In this document: piece by piece, positions 50,591 through 64,000 of the stretch | Layout: each line of letters begins with the position of its first letter | Position numbering within the stretch: position 1 is the stretch's first letter | Assembly: GCF_009914755.1 (NCBI RefSeq) | Contig: NC_060939.1 | Reading direction: 5' to 3' (one strand) | DNA: 64,000 nucleotides | Source: the human T2T-CHM13v2.0 reference genome, Homo sapiens | The notes under the pieces: generated by a model | What the model was told of the DNA's origin: nothing | The model's input: only the letters and a program-made list of their open reading frames with translations | Databases searched by the model: none | Translations under genes and position numbers: made by a program

Positions 50591-51529
50591 GTCGATCTCC
50601 TTCCTTCTTGTCCAGTATTGGGGTATGTTTCATCAAGTCTTCTTTTTCCCTGAAAACATCCCCAAATCATGCACTATTTCAACACTTACCTTCTAGATAT
50701 CAGTCTCTTTGTCTATTTTTGAGATTTGGCTAGCTTACACATTCTAGTCACTGGCTTAAATTCTACTATTCAGCGTGGGTTTACTTCAGCTGATGGTGAT
50801 GGTACCTCCTTCTCCATAACATGCAGTTTCAGTTTTGAGATGTGATCCATCAGCACATATTGTGAGGCTCACATTACCAATGGGAGTCTGTAATACACCT
50901 AAGCAATATGCAGGCAGTTTCCTCACTAAGATGAGACGGGGTGAGCACAGCTTGATATTCTGCCACGCCTCCTGCCTGTCTCACTACTCACTACACACTA
51001 AATTTGAACTCACATGAAGTTCAGGTTAATGTTTCAATCTGTTTGGTTTAATTTAATTTTTACTTCAAGATCATTTCCATTATTATATGTGGCTATTTCA
51101 GTACAAATTGAAGGAAAGGCAACTTTTATTGCCTTTATTTATGAGGCTTTATTTATGGGCATGATGACAGCAGTTTTAAAAGTCACATTCCGACATAGTG
51201 ATGGGCTGGATGAAGAGAGGGCATTCCCTCTGAAATGCTCTTTGGAAGGATCAGAAATGCCTCAATCGACCAACTCTCCTGTCCTCATGACTAGAGCTGT
51301 GTCACATCTTCAGAGAGACACACATCCGTGGTAGGAAGGATAAGATTACATGGATGAATCTGGCTGTTTTCTAATGTTTTGCCTGAGATGAATCCAAATA
51401 TATGGGGAATGGTTATTTTTATTATTTTGGGATTTGTAAGCAATGGCTGAAAACAAGAATACTTTTTAAGATGACATATTATTTTTGTGACATTCTGTTA
51501 TTTTATTGTAGAGATTGACAATTACATTT

Positions 51530-51752
51530 TCTTTTTCAAAAAATAAATTGTATTATGTATATCTAAGACATACAACATGATATGGAATAAATATATACAG
51601 TAAAATGATGACTATAGTGAAATAAATTAATGCAGCCCTCAACTTACAGAGTTACCCACCTCCCCCATTTGGCAAGAACAGCTATAACCTCAGTTAGCAA
51701 AGTCCTGGATGCAATGCACCCTTATTAACTTCCTCATGTTGCACGTTGGATC
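51530..51752 (-). mobile_element. L1MA 3' fragment replacing the V promoter and most of the leader
   Basis: Antisense L1 3' terminus abutting the leader remnant. Confidence 0.65.
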
Positions 51753-52155
51753 TGTGGCAGCTTCCAGATGGGAAAGCCTCAAAGAGTCAGACGTGACGAT
51801 ATGGGGGTGCTGCATCTGAGCACACAGCTCCCTGCAATCTTCTCTGTTCCCAGGTGTCCTGTCCCAGGTGCAGCCGTAGGAGGGGCAAAGCCCTCGCAGG
51901 CAATCTCCGTGTCCCATGCTGCTTCCCGCTGCTCCGTTACCAGGGGTTACTCAGGGGGGGTGGATCCCCCGACCTGCAGGGAAAGGTTGGAATGCAATGG
52001 ATTGCTCACCTCTGTTATGGAGGGAGCATATAGTTTATCCCTACCATCAAAGTTGAGTATCCATCTCCAGAGATGCATTCAGGATACATCCGGTTCTCCT
52101 TGCAGCTGAGTTTTGTGACTACTGAGGACACAGCCCTGTATGACTGTGTAAGAGA
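51753..52155 (+). pseudogene. IGHV clan II (IGHV4-related) pseudogene
   Basis: Leader remnant GTGGCAGCTTCCAGAT with a mutated donor; CCCAG|GTGTCCTGTCC acceptor at 51853; CAG GTG CAG CCG TAG (stop at codon 5); frameshifts; FR3 FSLQLSFVTTEDTALYDCVR. Confidence 0.9.
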
Positions 52156-52194
52156 CACAGAGAGGAGATCCCAGTGTGGGCCCAGACACAAACC
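52156..52194 (+). other. 23-RSS, near-consensus
   Basis: CACAGAG + 23-bp spacer + ACACAAACC. Confidence 0.9.
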
Positions 52195-53193
52195 TCACTG
52201 CAGGGGTGCCTGGGACCTGGATGGCAGGGGCCCCCAGGGCCCAGCCTCAGGGCATATGCAACCAAGGAGGGCATATGGGGAGGGAATCATCACCCAGGGT
52301 TTCCTTTCCTTAATGAACAGCATCTGAGCCATGGAACCTCTGCTTTATATCTGGGCTACGGAGTGGCCTGAGGCACCTGAGATGCAAGCACAATGGAGAT
52401 GTTTAAGATTCTGTATGAGCATATGTGACATCACAGTTCTTTTTCCTCATCTCTCGGATTTCACTGAAACTGTGAAGAGAACTGTCATCCTACTGGCACT
52501 GTGTGCTGTGCAGGAAATTTCTAAAATATGGTAACCATCATGAGGGATGCCTTCGTGGCTGCACTGTGCTGGGAAGAGTCACACCAGGGAGAAATCCTGT
52601 GAGGAACCCTGGACTCCACCGGCTGTGCCCAGCACAGCTGTGAAAGACCCAGTTGATGTCCAAGAAATGAGAATGCAAACATCTGCCTCCAGCACATAGG
52701 AAATTACAGCAAACGATTCCATGTCCCGTGGTCCCTCTATCCCCAAATTCTTTCCCTTTTCCCAAAATCAAGGAGGAGAACTGGAGTTTCCAGTCCATAG
52801 CCTGAGCCAGCCACCACGTGTGTGTCCCCAGCCTTTCCCAGAGCTGCCTGAGGGGCTGGACAAGACCTGCTCCCTTCCCTCCTGCTCACACAGCTGCACA
52901 GGGGAGCTCCTGCAGGCTGTTAGCATCCCAGTTTCCAAACAGCTTTCATATCCACAGGATTCATTTCTTGCTGTTACTATTGTTATTTTGCCTGAGCATT
53001 CTCATGACTGCATCACTTGTCAGAGACACGTGCCCTGCACTGAAACCCCACTCTCTGCTTTCCACAAAGATGGAGTTCCTTAGACCTTCATCTGCTAGAA
53101 GGATCTGATGTCTTGTCCTTACACTGGCCAAGCATTGTCTGATATGCCCCAGTTGGCACACAGACATTATGGATTATTTGCACCTGTGTGGGA

Positions 53194-53462
53194 ATGGTCT
53201 ATAATTGGGACACGTGTCTAGACTCAAAGATGCCTGGATGGTCTATAATTGGGACATGTGTCTAGACTCAAAGATGGCTGGATGGTCTATAATTGGGACA
53301 CGTGTCTAGACTCAAAGATGCCTGGATGGTCTATAATTTGGGACATGTGTCTAGACTCAAAGATGCCTGGATGGCCTATAATTGGGAACCGTGTCTAGAC
53401 TCAAAGATGCCTGAATGGTCTATAATTGGGACACGTGTCTAGACTCAACGATGCCTGGATGG
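53194..53462 (+). repeat. 44-bp minisatellite, 6 copies
   Basis: ATGGTCTATAATTGGGACACGTGTCTAGACTCAAAGATGCCTGG x6 with 0-4 differences per unit. Confidence 0.97.
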
Positions 53463-54291
53463 AAAAGATGCAGGCTGCTCCACTGATGTCACCTGTTTCA
53501 TCATAGTTTTATGATTTAATAAAAGTCATATTTTTTTCATTTTTGCACATCAAATTTTTTTCTGTGTTCCATATTCCTAAGCCCATCTTTGAGCTCACAG
53601 CCCTTTCCCAAGAAATCAACTTCTAGACCTCCCTCTTCTCGGGGCTCCGAGGTGATTTCTGAGTGGCATCCTCTCCACCTCCCTGCTGGGAACAGAGCCA
53701 GTCGCAGGGCTCATGGGCAGCTTTAGAATGCCTGCTACTCCGGGGTGTCCCCCTGCTTCTCACTGGAGAAGAGGCCTCTGGGGTGGTCACAGCCTCTTTC
53801 TCCACATGAATCCTGAGAGTTCTTCCTGAGCTACACAGCTGGGGGAAGACGGCCCTAAGAGACGTGAAAAGAGAGACATGGGAAGTGAGGTGTCTCAGCT
53901 CTTGTCTCCCCTGGTTGGTGTGGCCTGACCTCACCAGAGCCCCAGCCTAACCCACCTGACCTGTCCCCAGGAGCTGTACTGAGCGATGGCTGCACCTGCT
54001 CAGTTACCTGTGGGGCCCAGTGCCTCTGAGAGAGGTGCCCAGTGAGGGCTCTGCAGGGCTCCCCCCGAGCAGGAGCTGGGCTGAGGTAAATCAGCAGGAA
54101 GGAGGGGCTGCCCAGGCCCCGGGGAGGCAGGCAGCGTGGAGAGGAGACAGAGGCGCACTGGGAGGGAGCAAGCCAGTCAGGACCACCCTCTCAGCTCTGA
54201 GAAATGAGCTATGCTCACGGAATGCTCACACTGACCACTGAAAGACTTGACTATGATGATGACTCTCCCTGTGTTAGCAGGTGGGTGTAAG

Positions 54292-57601
<3,310 letters not shown>

Positions 57602-57605
<4 letters not shown>

Positions 57606-57910
57606 TGGGCGCGGTGGCTCACGCCTGTAATCCCAGCACTTTGGGAGGCTGAGGTGGGCAGATCACGAGGTCAGGAGATCGAGACTGTCCTGGCTAACAT
57701 GGTGAAAACCTGTCTCTACTAAAACTACAAAAAAAAATTAGCCGGGTGTGGTGGCGGGCACCTGTAGTCCCAGCTACTCGGGAGGCTGAGGCAGGAGAAT
57801 GTGGCATGAACCCAGGAGGCGGAGCTTTCAGTGAGCCGAGATCATGCCACTGCACTCCAGCCTGGGTGACAGAGCGAAACTCGGTCTCAAAAAAAAAAGA
57901 GAGAGAGAGA
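57602..57910 (+). mobile_element. AluY
   Basis: GATCACGAGGTCAGGAGATCGAG and CTGGCTAACA diagnostics; A then (GA)n tail. Confidence 0.9.
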
Positions 57911-57929
57911 ACTTAGTGATTTTAAAGGT

Positions 57930-60697
57930 TTTTTTCCTTTCTTTTGATATCTAATGTTGGATTTACAACTTTGAAATGCAAAACTACATGTACAAATCTG
58001 TGAAACACAGGGCAGATGCTAGACAAAATATGCCAGAATTTCCCAGTGATTACCTCGATTGGAAAATTTCATCTCCAGACTTTTCCATACATTATGCATT
58101 TTCTACAGCAAACAAGCATTGCTTTTGTGATCATAAAATACAAGCAGACACAATCAAGACTGGGGGAGGTTTCCTGGGGGAGAGCAGCCAGGCCCAGGAT
58201 GCAGGGCTCTCCTTCCTGGGACATCAGCCAGGTCAGGGCCCTTGAGGCACAGGTCTGGGCAGCTCTACCAGTGGGCATGGGCAGAGAAGGACCCAGCTGG
58301 TTGAGCCCCTGATGCAATTGAGGGCAGGCCCCTTGCTGGAGAGGGAGACAGAACAGCTGCCAAAACACAGCCTTGAGGCCAGGCTCTGTCTGGGGGTCTC
58401 GCTGCTGCTCCCCAGCCCACAGGGCTTCCAGCCGCACCAGGACAAGCTTCACTGCAAAGGCGGGAGAGGAGGGGAGGGGATGTGCCTTACCTTGGGGCGT
58501 GTGCAGTGTGGACTGTGTGTGCGTGTGCATATGCACATACATTTGTACGTTTGTGGGATACTGGTGGGTGCACAAGCTTTGTATGTGTGGACGTACATGT
58601 GTCTGTGTGTGGGGTGTGTATGCACGTGTGTTTACACATATGGGGTTTGGGTGTGCACGTGTTCATACATATGATGTGCACATGTGTGGGCATATACATG
58701 TGTCCATTTATGGGGTATGGGATGCAGATATGTGCATGTATTCATGCACATTCATGTAGCGCATGTGTGTGTTACAGCATATGGTGAGTGCATGGGTGTT
58801 CGTATCTGTGGGGTACAGGTATCATGCACGTGTGTTCATCTGTGTGGGGTGTGGGTATACGTGGACCGTGGCCTGAGGCTCCCCCACAGGACACTGCTCC
58901 CTGCCGCCTCCCCAGGGGCTAACAGGACCCTGCTCCTCTTGCTAAAGCCAGTTTGGGAGCAGCCCCACCCAGGCAGCCCCAAGCCAACCAGGCTCGCCTC
59001 TGACCAGATGGCTGAAGGAGCAGGTAGAGCAGGAAGTGTGAGCCAGTGACCCAGGTTCCCCTGGTGGCCAGGCTTGGTGGCCCATGTCCATGGAGTCCCC
59101 CACCTGCCAATGACCTCCAGCCATGTCTCCTGGGTACCAGGCCACCCATGGGTGGGGGTGGGGGTAACTCCCTGCTGACTCACTGCTCAGCTGGCACCAA
59201 TGAGGTCTCCACCTCAGCCCTGGGCTGAGTGTCCAGTGCTGAGTCCTTCCTACAGGCAGGTGAGCTTGGGAGGCAGGGACCCTGTGGACTTGGGGAGCGG
59301 GCTCAGGGTCTGGAGGCCAGAGGCCTTGTCCCCAGGCCCGGCATCCCATCAGCAAGAGCCCAGGAGGCTCTCAGGGCAGCACTCCTCTAGCAATCTCAGG
59401 GGCAGCGTCCTCCCAGGAGTCACATCCAGATCACCATACGTACCTGCTGGCCCCTAGCATGTCCCATAAGTGGAGAGGGGTTGGCCTGTGGAGGCAGGGG
59501 TGGCCAGAATATGTGCCGGAACCCCATCTACAGGCTGACACCTAAACCCAAATGGCACAGGGGAGCCTGAGCATGAAGTGGCTGGCCTCTCCCTCGCGGG
59601 GGCCCAGCAACTGCTGACTCCATGTGCCAAGCCCCGCCTGCCCGCTGGAAAGCCTCAACAGACTGCTCCCTGTGGTGACACCACCACTCGGGTCGGCTTG
59701 GCTGAGGCCAGCGGAGCATCTCCCCTCTAGGTCCATTCACATCCATCTTCCCTGGACAAATGAACACTCCCCAAACACTCACTTGCCACTTTGACCCCAG
59801 ACCAAACACACAGCCACTCCTGGAGTGCCGGTGACTGAGGGTGGCTGGGCCCTTCTGTGCCCACAAAGCAGGGCCTGGGCTATACCTGTGGGGCTGCACG
59901 ACTGTGCCAGGACAGCCTTACCTTTGCTGGGGGCTTCGTGCCCTCCCAGCTGCGTGTGTCCATGGACGAGGGGACCTGGTAGATGTCATGCCCCATCCCG
60001 GCAGAAGGTGGCACCTGGTAAATATCCTGGGCAGGGCCTCCAGGCCCTGGGGACACCTGGTACAGGTCTGTGGCCGGGCTGGGAAACGGGTGATGGGGCG
60101 TCTGCTTCGAGAAGGTGGATGTCTGCTTGGCTGGGGGCGACTGGAACTGAGGGCTGGGACCCGGGACTTGGTAGAGGCCTTGCTGAGCCTTGCTGGGAGT
60201 GGGCACCAGGTAGACGCTGTCGGGCTGGGGCTGGTAGGTGTTGGGGAGCATGGGCGTGTACTGGGAGGCCGGAGGCACTGGGGCATGGAGGCCAGGCTGA
60301 GGCTGGGCCGGGGTGGCGGGAGGGCCGGGGCCAGGCCCTGCTGGCTTCTTATCATACATACCCACCAAGATCTTGAGGTGGTTCCCAGGCACGATGCCCT
60401 GGCGCCCGTGCAGCGAGCAGAGCCACCAGCCATCCAGGCCCTGCGTGTCCTGCTCCAGCACCGTCATGATGTCACCCTTGCGGAAGGAGAGCTCATCCGG
60501 GGACTCGGCCACATTGACATAGAGGGCTTTGGCCAGCACATTCAGGTGGTTCATGGTGTCCGGCGGGCCTGGGGCCCCGGCTCCCGTGGGGGCGCACACC
60601 GAGCTGCCCGGGCCGCGTGCCCTCGGGGCTCCGAGCGCGCCGCAGCCGCCCCGGTGCCGCCGCGCAGCTGCCGCCTCGGCCATCCACAGCCGGTCCC
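57930..60697 (-). pseudogene. BCAR1P1/BCAR1P2: BCAR1 (p130Cas) semi-processed pseudogene: 5'UTR + exon 1 + exon 2 spliced, followed by intron-like sequence
   Basis: ATG at 60554: MNHL|NVLAKALYVNVAESPDELSFRKGD (SH3)...TKPPAK, then a GTAAGG donor at 59921. GC/CpG-rich 5'UTR. The left boundary is inferred from an A-rich tract. Confidence 0.9.
58495..58865. repeat. Degenerate (TG/CA)n-rich low-complexity tract
   Basis: Alternating purine-pyrimidine array (TGTG, CATA, CACG). Confidence 0.85.

Positions 60698-64000
<3,303 letters not shown>

Noticed and set aside
53194-53462. CRISPR-like array
   Set aside because: Units are contiguous with no unique spacers, there are no cas genes, and the context is eukaryotic. 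It is a minisatellite.

Overview
Primate (almost certainly human) repeat-rich DNA that reads as a duplicated, rearranged copy of the IGH V-D intergenic region, i.e. an IGH orphon. The gene content matches my recollection of the 15q11.2 pericentromeric duplications (FAM30B/C, BCAR1P1/2); this placement is inference. In order: a FAM30A (KIAA0125)-like lncRNA segment (+); an IGHV(II)-1-1-like V pseudogene (-) with a dead RSS but an intact adjacent CTCF motif; a ~20 kb block of L1, THE1, MER4, HERV-L and Alu elements, including a full-length L1PA with an open 152-aa ORF0 and an AluYa5; an intronless ADAM6-like pseudogene (-) with only two in-frame stops plus tail frameshifts; two more IGHV relics on the opposite (+) strand; a 6 x 44-bp minisatellite carrying a palindromic SMAD element in every unit; a head-to-head Alu fusion; and a semi-processed BCAR1 retrocopy (exons 1 and 2 spliced, intron 2 retained) with an open 224-aa ORF. 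IGHV6-1 and D segments were not found. I see no functional protein-coding gene, rRNA, tRNA or CRISPR array, and no clearly new biological system. The best leads are the BCAR1 retrocopy, the SMAD/E-box minisatellite, the ADAM6 paralog and the rearrangement junctions. Repeat subfamily names and comparisons with chr14/chr16 parents are from memory, not from searches, and repeat boundaries are approximate.
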